A DNA stretch of 64,000 nucleotides. It comes from Tubulanus polymorphus. Its lineage: Eukaryota; Animalia; Nemertea. Both the position numbers and the translations under genes were made by a program. The notes beneath the pieces are model-generated. The model was not told where the DNA came from. It saw only the letters and a list, made by a program, of their open reading frames with translations, and did no database searches. Location of the stretch: the NCBI RefSeq assembly GCF_964204645.1, contig NC_134027.1, forward strand, positions 9,766,485-9,830,484, written 5' to 3'. This document shows, piece after piece, positions 23,601 to 37,738 of the stretch (the first letter of the stretch is position 1; every line of letters starts with the position of its first letter).

Positions 23601-26600
23601 TCTGTGTCACAAAGTTCCATTAACCGTACCGGGGTACAATGAAGCGAGGCATAACCCATTTGCCAGTACAACTACAAACGTTGTTAATTTGCCATTAATC
23701 AGGAATCGCAGAATTTTCGGGAGACGATGAAATCCTATTTCAACACACATAAATGATGTCAGTCAAGCTACGGAAAAATACTGACATATTCTGCGAATTT
23801 TTGACCAGCACGTGAACAGTAGAAAATATAGCAACCACAAGTTTTATACCACCTAGATAGAATAACTTACAATATAAAACGAAATCTAGAGAAATCATCT
23901 TTAATTCTACTTTTCAAAAATAAACGTCATGGGCGATTCCTCGATTCAGGGTTTTACTAACACCTAACACCCATCAATATTCGACAAAGCATGAATAACA
24001 GCTACATAACTTCTTTTTATTACGACAAAGACAAATACGCATATTGACTTGTACAAAGTGAACCTCAGCGGTAGCATATCCTTCAGTGTGTATTATATAA
24101 GAACTGAACGGAGGCTGCAGACAAATTGGTTAACACCACAGCTGTTCGCTGGATGCTATATACTATATACCCCTATCAATCAACATGTAAACAACCCTTC
24201 CTACATAAACAAGTTTATATACATGTATTTCCAGTGGGAGAAAATACAAGCGCAGGCGCACGCCCTGGTTTGCCAAAGTGATCAGGCTGTGGTGGAGACA
24301 GTTTAGAAAATGCCGAAGTTAAAAAAATCTAAATACAAGCGCCAAGGCCGGTTTTATAGACTGGAATGAACTTTAACTTTGGGGGGGGGGGGGTAACTCA
24401 GTTGCAAATGAATTGAGTTAGCCCCCCTGGGTTAAAGATAATACCAGTTAATAAAACCCGCCCCTGGTTTCTAAAATGGTAAGTAAAATTAGGCTGTGGA
24501 GAAAATTCTGTAGTTTGGAAAATGCCGTTCAAAAAAATTAAAATACCAACATTTTTGGACCTGATTTACCCCCTAGTAACTGCAATACTACAACTGTTAG
24601 CAATTCAATCCCGAGCAAGTAATTTACTTACAAATATTTCAAGTTGACGAGTTTCGAGAAAATGGCCTTCGGGATTTCGACGATTTTGTTGCGATTCAGT
24701 TTCAACCATTCGAGCGATGTCAAGTTGTCCAACGAGCGCGGTTCCAAAGTCGTAATTCCGTTGTAGTTCAGAAATCTGTAAGATAGAATACAGTTGATAA
24801 CATTTATGGCTGTATCCCACAATTCTATTAGTCCGATTCTGTTAACCATCACCTAAACATCGGCTAACAGAAAATTGTATCGCCAACAGTTATAGGCCTA
24901 CTATTTTTTCGGCTACTTACAGATGATGCAGTGAGGTGCCAGCCGGGAAATCGCCAACTTTGATCGTCCTTATTTTGTTGAAATTCAAATCCAAATTTCG
25001 CAGTTTTGATAGGCTCTCCAGACCGTCGATATTGATATCAGGTATCTCATTGTGATGCCTAAAAGAAAACGAATCGTACGCTTATAACGATTTCCTCTTT
25101 TTCTGTTTGAAAAAAAAGGCGCGTCATTTTTTACGATACTTACAGCGTCAAATGGGTGATATTGTTTTCCTGATTGAAGACCGGGATTTTGGTGAGTTTG
25201 TTATACGCTAATTTTCTGAAAGACAAAAACATGCAAAGGGAATATTAGCATCATTTCCCCATGAGACTATAAAAGGTATACTGCCCGAAACAATATAACT
25301 GGCACCATAACGTTAAATGTACGTAAACCGAAGTTCGATGCATTTAATGCTAAAATCTAGCAATATAACATGAAAGCTTTAATTGACAAATCGAATAAAG
25401 GGGAATTAACTAGATTTTGCGAAGTCTGTTCAAGGTTTCACTCCATGGAAATGATGTCTACACGAGGGGATTCAATTGTAATGGACATTTTGTTCTAATT
25501 TCCAACGTTTACGCAAGATTGATAAAGATGGAAGCCCCGACTCAAAACTACGACATGAGTTGACTCGGCGACTGAACATTTTTGTTAAGGTGCAATATTT
25601 TGCCTCACGTCTAGTATTTCAGTGTCTTATAGGGGGTGCCAACAATTCATACAATTGAGTCACTAGGTGCACCCAGAGGTGGGGTATTAATCGAAGACGC
25701 ATATAGACCGCAGCTTGATTGACACGGTTCGTCAGCCGTACAATAGTTCGTTCGAATTCAAGTGGTCGCAGCAATAATGAACGAAACGTTCAAGTGGTTC
25801 CGTCGAAGAATAGCCAGATCGGTGGAGTCCCGGAGATTCGGTCGCAACAAAACCGACGCCGGAGCGTTACAAACCTCTAGTCGCTCGCGTTTACAATAAA
25901 GTTCTGTTACGATCGTAGAGACGGGTTCCGTTTTTCGACGTGAATTTTTTTCGCGCGAATATAATCGCCGCGAACGTAACCCGATCCGGCGGCCCGAGAT
26001 CGGAAAGCGCCCACTTGAACCGCGCGGGGCCTGAGAAACGACACGAAAAACGAGCGAAAACAGAAAACCGATGAATGAATTCGCGTAAAAAGAAGCCATT
26101 ATTCGACGACGTTGACTTCACGAATGACTTCGTATTTTTCAAGTACATTTCTTTGAGAATGAAAGTCAACACCAGCGCGACGCGCAATTCGATACATATT
26201 TGAAAATTTCTCTTACAACCAAATAATGCCCGATCCCCCTAGTCTTCCTTCCCCTATTTCCTGCATTATCGAGAATGCGTTTGTTCGTTTCTTCCGATAA
26301 AACGCTATGTAAATATGACCCCATCGTAGTCGTCGAGTGGTTAGAGTCTATTTTCTGCCGGGGCCTTAGTTTCGCTTGAGCTCCGCTGAACACTGTAAAC
26401 TTATAATCCGTTCGAGGGGTCGGAATAGCATGTCATTCAAGAGTTAAGGCGGCGGCGGTGAATAGGGCGCGGGGATGTGGACTTAACACCTGGTCAAATA
26501 GCAACAAACGCGCGCTAACCTGACGCTCAGAATATATGCAATGCATCTGTGCCTTCCTCGCGTTTTGCTGGACTAGCAAGTACGTATTATTCCCTATCGA

Positions 26601-29600
26601 CAAAATATTTGTTTTAAAAATATAATGGTAGTTCAAACCATATATCGTACCCTTTTTTCAAGAGCGTGATATGATCAATACTCATTAACAAAAACCCAAC
26701 TTGAAAGTTTATTGACGCCTAGAAAAACAACATACTATATATGCATACTTACATTTCAGTTAAAACTGGTAAACTTTCAACTACTGTACTGTTGATTTGA
26801 GTCAAATCGTTATTGCTCAAATCCCTGCAAAACATCAAAATGATGGATATGAATTAAATTCATGGCAAGTAATCATAATAAAAATATGTTCAAAATGTAA
26901 ATATCGAAATCAAAGATGTGGCCACATGTCCTGGTCCTATCATCTGAAAAGATACTTCATGGGGCCTAAATCTTAACAAAATTGGAATGTAAGCATCGTA
27001 ATTTCATTTGCTACATCTACCATTCGATTGAACTGTTAATAACCCTAAACAACCTGGCCCGCCTGACACCGGCCGGAAAATCAACTGCAAAATTTCATTT
27101 CTTTGGGAATTTTTATTCTCCAAGAGAACACACATGTTTACTCAAGGATTTAGGTTTTCCTGACACTGCCGATTGCTACTAGAAGTTCTTATTAAATCGG
27201 TTGAATTCTGACTTAAGCTTTCGCATTGTTCGACCGTATTGTACGATTGTCAATCGGCGATTCAAGTGAACACTAACGTCATTGTCCGTACGGAGAATTC
27301 GAAGTATAGCAATTTCACGGCTAAATGCGCCCGGGCTTTGCGCGAATTTACGGATTAATAGTAAATCGAAGTTTTATTGACCGTGCATAAGTCCTATATG
27401 TTCGATCCGTACGAGACATGGATACCGAGAAAATGTGTATAAATAAACTCAAGAAATACGTAACAGATGAACCCAAAGATCTTATAGATCTTATCCGATC
27501 TCCTCTCCGAAAGCCTTTTATTACTAATTCGGCCTAAACAGTCAGGAAAATAAGATTTTATCATTTGTCCACAAAACATATCTTCCTGTTGCCATATGCT
27601 TAATCTAATCTATATCAAAATCATAATCCTTTAATGATTAAAATTGAACCGTTACCCAAATAGCTCTTCCTAAATCCCTTTGATGTCTTGTGAGATTAGG
27701 CCCCATTTCTTACGTCACCAAAACAAGCCTTAAGCAATAAAACTGATCCAAACACTGTGTCGAACAACAATGGACCATTTAATTTAAACTTGGTCAAATA
27801 TACCGTTTTAAAAGCTATAACAAATCTACAATAAGAGCCGTTTTTCAGGCCGGTGCCGAGCTTTTTTGAGGGGCAGCAGTTCTATTTCATGAAACAGGGC
27901 GCTTTCCTATTAAAAAGGATAGATCTCGAATTCGAGGTGCCCGGGTACCTGAATAAATCATTTTCGAATGGATACTTTTTAATCTTAAGAAAACACAATG
28001 AAAACACGAAAATCTTATCCAAATTTGAAAGAAATGCTGACCCAAATTCTTTGACACTGACCTTTTGAAGGGCACTTCGATGGAAATTTTAGGGGTTCGT
28101 TCGTTACCCCCGAACCTCTCTCGGACCGGGCTTGTTTTTCTAACTCGAAAGCTTGTTCATGTTCAGACCAAGATCAGAACCATAAACATTTTCAGATATA
28201 GATTAATAATAAAAAATCATAAAGCTTTGATGAACATCTGCTGTTGAATGAGTTGAAATTATCATCAGGTTTATCGCGGCTAAAGCGCCAGCATCACTTG
28301 CGCAATGCCATAATACCACCAAGACACATATCATCGGCCGTAAAATCAATCAATTATTGATCGCTGATTGGCTAAGCGATCGATCAACAAAGCAGCGCTG
28401 GCGTCCGCTCGAACCAACGGATCCCGAAGAAGTATCTCAGATTATATCAAACGACACGACACTCGAGTCAGCGCTCCGGGTCACTCTCAGCCCTTTTAAG
28501 CGTTTATCTATTGACTATACGTGACTGATATTCGAATGGCTTATCACGCCCGTGTCATCGAGGTCGAACAATTCTAAACTTTAAAAGCCTTAGAATATGT
28601 TTTCGATCTCTCTCGTGTGACACATGTGAAGTGGTCGTTCATGACGATATGACTGCGCATTGCTGTTGATTTTTCGATAATAAATATTCGAAGCGTCAAT
28701 AAACCATCGGAGAGATAAAATACCCGTAGCCCGCACCTGTGAGCGGAACGTGCCCGTACCTTTGAAGTCGGCACCGCGCGGCCCGGCCCTGCTTCGGCAA
28801 CGGATATATCAAAACGACATCAAACAATCTTTCTAAGCGTTTATTTACAAGCAGTCGTGTTTCGATTTTTATGACAGACATAGTAGGCCTACTTTAAAGA
28901 ACGAATTTCTCATCGGATAACATCGAAAAAGGAGGGATCGGGCAATCATCTGAGTTGATGACCAGGCTGAAGCTCAATGACAATTTCTCTATCAGCTTAT
29001 CCCTGCGAATAGTTGCCATCGTCAGCCATACGTCTTGAGAACGATTTTCAAACTTCTGATTCATTGCGTATATCGGAGACTGTCAATTCGATGCCTCTTA
29101 CACAACCCGATGCGGCAAATCATTCAAGATCATCGTTGCAGCGGATCATACGCTATTTTTAAAACAGGAATCCTTCGAACGGATTACCGGTGCCGAGAGA
29201 TCCTATTGCCTGATGCTGCAGCAGGGAATCGGGGGAACGCGCGCTCTCAAAGTCTAAGTCGTGGATATATGTACTGAGTAGGGAAAAGGTGCCAGAACAC
29301 GGCATTACATCTGGATCGAATAAATAAAAACCGATTCATACTCTAAAAACCACCAGTGAGTGAGAGTGAGAGGAAACCCATGCTGCTACTACTACTCCTC
29401 ACGCGCGGGAGGAAAGAACTTTACACATGTCAGATTACTACTGATAGGATTAATGTTTTCGATTTTTCAGACCGAAACTGACCACCATTAATCAGCCGCG
29501 TGCTTGATAGGCTAATCATCCGTAGCCGATGAATTATGTCATGTTATTATAGAGGTCAGGGTCCTAGGAAAATCATCCTCCATTTCCCGGGGGTTGGGCC

Positions 29601-32600
29601 GCGATGAATAAATCACAATCAGAGGCAAAAATGTCCTCAGTTTATCGAGGCTTCCCCGGGCAGATTTTGTTTTTAATGCTTCCTGCCAAAATGCGTCTCG
29701 ATTGTTTCGGTATAATCTTAAAACCGGCCGTGGCATTTTGCATCGGGCCTATCGGCAAGGTCCAGCCTCAGGAGACCTCGCGTCATGGGCTTACAGAGCA
29801 TGTTTGCATGTCGCTGTTGCCTAAAACTCCTATTGGATTCATAGAATAGGCTTCCTCAACTCATAGACATTACTATGCGGCTTGGTACTCAAGTCACAGG
29901 TGACATGATATATAGGTCAGAATGAATCCAACTGAAGGAATCCATGGATGATTCTGGTTATTTTTGTTATACTGATGATTTTGATCAAGTAATGAGTCCC
30001 GGCAACGTACATCCCACCTCCCGATCCCAACAGAATGCACGGGAACACTCTCCGTACTCAGTGTGCACACATACGCACCATTTAGAACCGGCCTTTTAAA
30101 CACGAATACCTTTCAAACGCATCGACAGCGACGACTTCCTTTTTTCTCCCGTGAATCGGCCCGCGAAAGCCGACGACGACAACGAAGCGCGGATTAAAGT
30201 GCAAACGTCGGCCCATTGTACGCGTATAATTCATAATGAATAGCCACAGCGTAAAAGGTGCGACAATGCAAGCGAAGCCTGTACGCGCATACTGATAACA
30301 TCGTTATAAAGCTGCGAATTCGGCAACAAGTCACGATCGAAGCACGCAGAATTCGTCGAACGTCGTTCACGGGCCGGTGACACGGCTATACAGGCCATTG
30401 TCGCGACTGTCAAACGCGACAAATTGAAGACGAGTTGTAGTCCAGGTCCGTTCGTTGAATACACCGCGCGATAGAGAACGCCGAATAAAGAGGGTCGAGA
30501 GAAAAAACATTGACATACGATTCACTTCACGAACACTTGTATGATTAATTAAACAACGTATAAATCGATATATTTCGCATATGTGCTTCGTGCGCGCGTA
30601 CAAGTATTTTCGCTCTTTTTTTCTACGATATCAAATGTAGGCCTATTGAAAATGTTTATGCAGCTCTCGCAGACAGGACCTGACATCATCGAATACGAAA
30701 TCAGCGCATAACTTCGTCACCTAACCTCTACATTTTACCTAAAGGTTACGACCAAAAATTCATAAAGACTAGTCTTTACGAATTTTTGTTACGACACATA
30801 GGCCAATCGCAGAAGGTTCATAAATCGCTGTGAAAATTCGGCAGCGAAAAATCCTGCTTGTGTGCCAATGAATATGTGCACAATTTTCGCCTTATACTTA
30901 TATCTGACATGCGCAGACTCTGGTCTTTTTGGGGCTGTTAAGAATTGTCCAACTCGATCTCAACTATCCAAACAAAATATTCATTGTAAGATATTATAAT
31001 ATCAACAACATTTTGAGAAGGAGTTGACGAATGATTGAAGCGAGGACTATATGAGTCCTGGTTGATGATAAAATAAACATCAATGAGTATTTATTAACCT
31101 ATAGCCTAAACCAAACTGTGATTGTGATTTTACTCTTCTCACTAACTACACTTTCTAAAATCACTGAATAAACATTCATGAGTCTCAATGGATATATGAA
31201 TTTTTCGGGTAGACCTTAGAATTAACAAGAAGGCTTGATTCAATACATACAAGAAATGGTGTATTTGTCAGTTTTTTAGCATCGAAGATTTTCAATACAC
31301 TGAATTTCTTGAATATGCTAGAAACATTTTAAGCCCATGTCTCACTTCATCCCTTCTAAAATCATAGTTTTTGAATTTCTCTAGAATCAAATTTACACAT
31401 AAATCATCGATATAACACTTACACCCTGGTTAGTTTAGACAATCCGATAAAAGCATCCATCGATATAGATTTAATTGAATTCGACCGGAGTTCTCTGAAA
31501 ATAGAAATACCAAAATCGGCGAGTTAGGATAATAAAACAAACACCAGAAGCACCAGCTTGACAGTTTTAAATTGAATTCATCAAATATTTTTCTATTATA
31601 TCGTCTTAAGTGGTTGGAATTGAGTAAGTTCAAGCGAACTCAACAGGGTTCAGAGATGGGCATTCAATTTTTTTTTTCTTTAGCAGACATTTCTGATTTT
31701 TACCGGGAAGCCAAATGACAAATCTATCAGTTAAATATATCGCTGATATCAAATTGGAGCAGTTAAAAACTCCAGTTATACCAGGATAGCTACCTGTTTC
31801 AATCATGATGACAACTGATGCGGGTTCAATGCACATGGGACAATAGCTCCCCGATTAAAATTCACAGCCAATTATCGCCTTTTGAAATGATCTAACTGGG
31901 ATTAGAGTGTTATAACCGCCTGATTTGCAACAAACAATTCATCATGCCCTAGAGGTGTTTGGAGCCAGCTGGTGGACTTAGTAATTAACCCAGTGATATC
32001 TGCTAATTATCGACCAATAATCACAGGTAGTGTCATGACTGTAGACAGTTATCTGATGATGCCAATGATAATTTGGCAAATATTGACCAATAGAATCCGA
32101 ATCACTTAGACCTGCCTCAAATCGATCGCTAACTTGTTGACAGGTGAAAATGAAAAGTGCCATCAATTTCAAAACTGCTTTATTTGAGGCCAAAATGTAC
32201 GAATTCATAATGATCAAAAAATCATATACGTAACGGAAATACACAAATTAGCTAGGCCCCTATGAAAAGCAGTTTTTTATGAGGCTTAGGCTTCACCCTC
32301 CACAAGCCTAGTTTAGGCATAAGACTCCTCAGAAAAAACTGATGGGACATTCAATGGCATCAAAAGGCCCAGACTTACCACAGGTCTAAGCCTATTTGGA
32401 CATTTACGATTAGCCTACACAGGGTTTATTCACAGCCAAAATCTCAAAATGAGGCCTCAAAGGGTTTCCAATGTCAGGAAACCAACTATCCCTGCTAAAT
32501 TTAGAGGGTCTCCCATTTTTTGCTCAACCCAATTTCCAAAATTATTTTTTCACAAAACAAATTTTGTTTGCATTTTAATGGGATACCCTGTTATGTGTTA

Positions 32601-32909
32601 TGTATCCTCAATCCACCCTTTCAATGGGCTACTACTAAATACGTATTCGCAGCATCAGTGAATGGAGGCCAGAGACTAGCGATTCATGCGAGTAGTATTA
32701 TTAGTAAAGAAATGTCAAAATACTTACAGAATTTCTGTCCAAACCGGGAGGTCTTGGGGAATCGTAACCAGACCCTTCTTACTACAATCTACCATCGAAC
32801 CCAAACAGGAACATTTTGTCGGACACCGTTGCTGAAGTTTCTCCGCCGTGGAGATATCGCCGACTAAATATCCCGTATACAAAACAAAAGCTAGAAAAAC
32901 CGCGGCCAT
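15574..32909 (-). CDS. LRIG: LRIG family receptor (LRR + 3 Ig + TM; lambik/LRIG1-3-like), 16 exons, ~1095 aa. Exons: 32909-32728, 26824-26753, 25215-25144, 25058-24921, 24775-24632, 23391-23248, 22359-22288, 21934-21863, 20879-20736, 19713-19489, 19128-18965, 18874-18738, 18447-17439, 16900-16745, 16654-16382, 15857-15574
   Basis: Signal peptide plus LRRNT (CPTKCSCLGSMVDCS), 72/144-nt LRR exons, LRRCT (LLCDCQLTWL), LRIG hallmark [28 protein letters not shown], and TM GIIVIAVVCCVVGTSLIWVIIIY. Phases are consistent; total 3288 nt. Confidence 0.96.
15752..15780 (-). repeat. Coding (CAG)9 polyglutamine tract in the LRIG last exon
   Basis: tgc repeats on + strand; translates HHQQQQQQQQQHH. Confidence 0.9.
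17177..17361. mobile_element. Tc1/pogo-like MITE (TA-CAGT...ACTG), in LRIG intron 13
   Basis: Reverse-complement relative of 35278-35493 and 38331-38528 (shared GAGCAGTGGCATT, TTTTCATTGAATTT, GGCATTATAACGAAT). Confidence 0.65.
19228..19390 (+). repeat. Dispersed repeat; second copy at ~905-1065
   Basis: Shared TTTCTCATTTCTGC.GAGCTTA.AAGTT..GACCCGGC.GG and TATAGAAATGAACTGATTACAAA...ATTGCAGTTTACAAAA. Confidence 0.75.
20614..20710. repeat. (AAT/AAC)n microsatellite in LRIG intron 9
   Basis: Seen directly; about 32 trinucleotide units. Confidence 0.95.
24346..24463. mobile_element. Small palindromic MITE-like repeat; partial relative at ~46291-46376
   Basis: GGCCGGTTTTATAGACTGG...CCAGTTAATAAAACCCGCC; shared AACTCA.TTG.AAATGAATT.AGTTAGCCC core. 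Confidence 0.55.
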
Positions 32910-35277
32910 GATGGATCGAAGCTCCGAGACTTTTATATGCGCGTGTATTGAAGTTTTAGTCCACTATTCCACGATTAGCGTCCCTCATGGGCGTATAATC
33001 CTGTCAGTATATAAATCTATCATTTCCGTATATGTTCCCCGATGTGGTGATCGCTACACTGTCGCGTCTGTAAATGATAATTTCGAGGCGCGCCAGCCGT
33101 GTATATCCGACGGCGACTCCATATTTCTTCTCTCAATAAGACTGTGAGTAGTTCTGATTGTTCGTCGCTGGGTGGCGCAAGCGCCTCCGCGGTTTGATTG
33201 GCTGAGGCGTGTGTCACGTGCAATCGCCGATTGACACCAAGATATCCTACATACAAACTTGCCAATAACTTACAAACACCGCAACGACTGCTCATTTTCA
33301 TTCCATTAGAAATATCCCCAAACGCAATACAAACATTTAACTCATAGAAAATATTCAATTAGGTCCAGGCTTAATTGTATTGAAAAATTACTTCATTTGA
33401 CAATTTACTTATAATGTCAATCAATATAAGACGAACTGTATCGATGTTTAAATTTAGCTGGTCTTTTAGTAGTATTTCGTAAAAACTCATAGTTTTGCTG
33501 TTGTATTTATCCGATTGGATGGAAATTATCCACGGATAGCGGCGAAAGAGCGTCGATTGACATACCCGATTTCAAACAGTGCCAGTAACGAATGAAAACA
33601 CGGATGTGTAAATCACAGCGTTATTTTAACGTTACTGTCCTTACAAATTTGAAGTAAGTAACGGTTTTATCGATTAAACCTAGCCCTATAGTTTCCAGAT
33701 CACGCAAGAATTTGAGATTTCGATAAGATAAGATACCGGTACATCTTTATTCGTCTCCATGATTTTAAAAGTAGTATAAGGTCTTACAATTACATGATTC
33801 ATACAGATTGATTATTGAGAAGGTTTGATGAAAGTTGCGCAGCACGCTCGCCATCTTATGCCAGAATGCAACACTAAGTGGACCTGAATGACCAATAGCT
33901 ATATGTATCCCAAAGTTATTTTCCCACAAATTTGAACCAAGGCATGATAACTTTTCATAATTTGAAATATGTTGCTTGCGGCGCAGTTAGGCTAAAAGTA
34001 TTTGGGCCGAATAACCAGGTGACATCTTGATTGAAACATTCCCAGGACAGTAGCCAACTGGGCAAATGACCTCCGGGTTCTAGAGTGTCCCGCGGAATCG
34101 GAGACCTGGTGAAATATATCTACATATACAGCCATACAAAACTATATTTACAAAATGGCTCAAATTCATTTTCAAAAAGAACATCATTGTAAAATTTTAG
34201 AGTTCAATAGATTTCTATTGTATTGTATATTTTATTTCATCTTTAAACCTCCCAGGTTTTCAAATTTGTAATTCTTTCCGTTTCTAAGCGAGTTTCTAAA
34301 TTAATCAAGATTCAGCTAAGTTGTTGAATTTGTAACCGACGAAGCAACAGTCCATAAATCCCCGGAGAGGACAGTGTAGCGATCAATCATCGTGAATCAC
34401 TAGTCTCGGGGACAGCTAGGCTATTCATCCCGCGGGAGTACCGTAAGCATCCTTTGTATCGGTAGTTCCAGACGAACCACATTTCCAAAAGGAAGTTTTT
34501 TGAAGTGTGGATAATATATAAGTCCTGAAATATCTGCGAGCGTGAAAACTAAACCGTCCAGTTTAATACCTAAATATCAATCAAATCTGGACGCTAGTTA
34601 TGGATTTATAAACAGTTGCAGATAAACTATATGATAATCGTTTCAATCGCGTCGAGGAGCATGGACTCGTAAACGAGTCCATCGTGGGACATTGCTCCAA
34701 ATAACCATTATTGAGTCACGAACATTATGATTAAATTGGCTGAAGATGGTATCATCAGTTACGAGAGACTAATGAGAAATCAATGATTGACAGAGCTTTG
34801 CTTTGTGGAACACGATGAAACCAACCTCGTCTAATAAAAAAAGATTTACGCTTTTATAGTACAAATAACAAGTTTCCTGCATTTTCAGATAAGTATTATT
34901 TGAACAAACGATTCTTTTGAGAAATATTCAAGGACGGTACATTTTGTATGTATCATTTTTAAGAACACACTTAATTATTGCTCAGATTTCTAGGATTTCC
35001 TGGGTATACTGTTCCCCTCAGGGGCCCACAGCCAATTTTGCTTTTAGTATATCCAGCCATATATATTGTAAAAATATTGTAGAAATAATGATTCCTTGTA
35101 AATTTTATATGTGGCAAATAAATATATTATTAGATATAGCTTTAAATTTTCCATGGAACATCTCCTTGGTAGAAAATAAGTCTCAGTAAGACAATGTCCG
35201 GTTTTGCACCAGGCCGCAGAGTCGATTTAGTAGTCCACTACTATTTTGTAGCCGTTTCGTGCCTCAGTAAGAAAATC

Positions 35278-35493
35278 TACAGTCAGTCCGTTATAATGCC
35301 ACTATTGGGACTAATGGAAAACATAAAGTTGCCAATAGCAAGAGATATGGCATAAACTAATGGCATTATAACGAATGGCATTTTCACATCTGCATTTTCA
35401 TTGAATTTGAGTCAGATTGAGTGAATTGAAAAATGTTGGTGTTAAGCGAGCAGTGGCATTAAAAAGGATGGCATTACAACATGACTTTGATTG
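35278..35493. mobile_element. Tc1/pogo-like MITE copy
   Basis: Similar to 38331-38528 and to the reverse complement of 17177-17361. Confidence 0.6.
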
Positions 35494-37562
35494 TTTATAT
35501 TTGAAGTCATTTTCTTTCACTTTTCAGTACTTCGACCGTGTTTGGGATCGCCTGCATCGATGACCCGTGAAATGAACGAAAAATATTCTGAATTCTGCAT
35601 ATCACTTTCAGGGCGGACTTAGATATTATACGCGGGATTAACGGTCAGAAGGAAAATCAAACGCGTGCCGAGATTAAATCCGGCCGGAATATATAATCCG
35701 TGGTTTAAAGCCACAAGTTGAAGATTAATTAAGAAATGATGACGTGTCGTCATCGGTCAGAATGAATATGTCCCGGTCCAAACGACATTATATGAGTCAG
35801 CATCATCAACATCTTCGTCTAGCTTATCATACTGAGGTTAAATGATGCGTGTGCAATCTCAGTAACGTAATTTCCTGCTGTTGCACAGAAAATTCCGATG
35901 ATTGCGGCCTAAATTTCAGAATTTGTTCCGCATAAGGTATCATTTCATAAAAGGATTGGAATTCATGACACATCTGCGCAAACGAGACTCCGGCGTGTTG
36001 CAGGCCCGTAGCCAGCCATGTCTTGGTGAGGGGGTTTCAGGGCCCTATCTCGAGGGGGTACCAAGTTGTATGGGCACCCACTATTATGGGGGAGGGCACT
36101 TTCTATGTCAAATCACGGCAAACAAGGGCGCTTCACATCAAACTTGTGGTTTTCGAGGGGCACGCTACGCCATATCATGCCAACTTTTACGTAAAATCCA
36201 TGGATTAAGGGGCATCTCAAATGGGCACTGACAAAGCTCGACGGTATTCCAAAACCTTCGGAACCCCTTCCCCTGGATCCACCACTTGGTTTTATGGACA
36301 TAGAACGTTTTGTAAGGACCCACGCAAATGTCGGGTCCTGGGAATACTCGCGCAGATTTTTGAAAATTACACGCAAAGAGGAAAAATTTCATGACTTCGT
36401 CTGCGTGCCAGCATATTTGGGGTGAAAATATTGCTTCTTTTTCTTTCAATTTGGCCTCAAATCAAGTAAATTCGGAGGCAAGTTTGCAGGCATGTCCATA
36501 TTTTGGCCTACTGTTGTTGATCGCGCAGTAACGACCGATGTCAAAAGGACGGTCAAACAACAACAGTAATCCAAGTACGTGATATCAAACAATTGACACC
36601 TTTAGTCGTTTGGCGGACGAGTGGCGTGAACAATCACGACTTTAAATTGAAACGCCGTTCCTGTAACCGCGCAACACGAAGACAATAGAACCTTGGGTTA
36701 TCATAATCGTATTAAATCGTCAATTGGAAATTATATAAATTCATAATGCCCTCGACATCATACACTAGATAGGGGGTTGGGCAGCGATAATCATAATTTC
36801 CTGATTAGTGAAAGGCAATTTATTTTTCCTTTTACACCGAAAATGTTAAGGCGATTATCGCGCTTTGATGTATCGAGTCGCACCATTTCAGAAGCGCGTG
36901 ATATCCACAAATACATCACCGATTTTGAGAACCCCTCTGGTGGTCGGTGTCAGGTAGGTGTTGGATTAGACACCGGCGGAAGAGGGGGGGGTCCTTAAAT
37001 CCGCATAAGATGATTGATGTATCTGGCGTCGAAGTAGAAGAGCCGCACTCAAACGTGAAGAATTATTGATACGAACCAATAATGTACAAATTCAAAAACA
37101 AATTTTATTATTCAAAAATTCAAAATCAAAAACAGTGGACACGACGTTTCGAAATGTTAGTAGAGATCATCGTCAGATTCAATATATTCAATTCAATAGG
37201 TTACACTCAACAACTGACGATTTTAGACCAATTCAAGACTGAGTGACACAATGTACTACTGGCCTAATAACTAGATTGACAATACCAGCGTCCACATCAC
37301 AACCGCAATTATACAGAATCATTCATTTATAGTACCGGTTTTATTGAACAAACATCACATAATATTACGACACAATTTATTCAACAGCCAGAATACAAAT
37401 ATTTAACATTCATCTGAAAATCTTGTAGTATGTTGATATTGTATGTATAACGCTCTACCGATAACTACTGGACCATCATGTGATGCCCATCGGCAGTAAC
37501 AGGTAAAAATCCCCAATGAATATTCTACCAGGTAAAATCCCCCGAATTCAGGTTTTGCTTAT

Positions 37563-37738
37563 TAGTGGAACCCCGTTACAACGAACTTCACAGGACCGGA
37601 AAATATATTCGTTATAACCAATAGTTTCGTTATATCCAATATGAAATTAATTAATTCTCTTACTTGGGACTAAATTCTATTTTTGTTATATTCGATGAAT
37701 CGTTGTATCCAAGATCGTTATAACGAGGTTTCACTGTA
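37563..37738. mobile_element. pogo/Tigger-like MITE
   Basis: AGTGGAACCCCGTTACAACGA...TCGTTATAACGAGGTTTCACTGTA inverted ends; a similar left end lies at ~14416. Confidence 0.6.
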
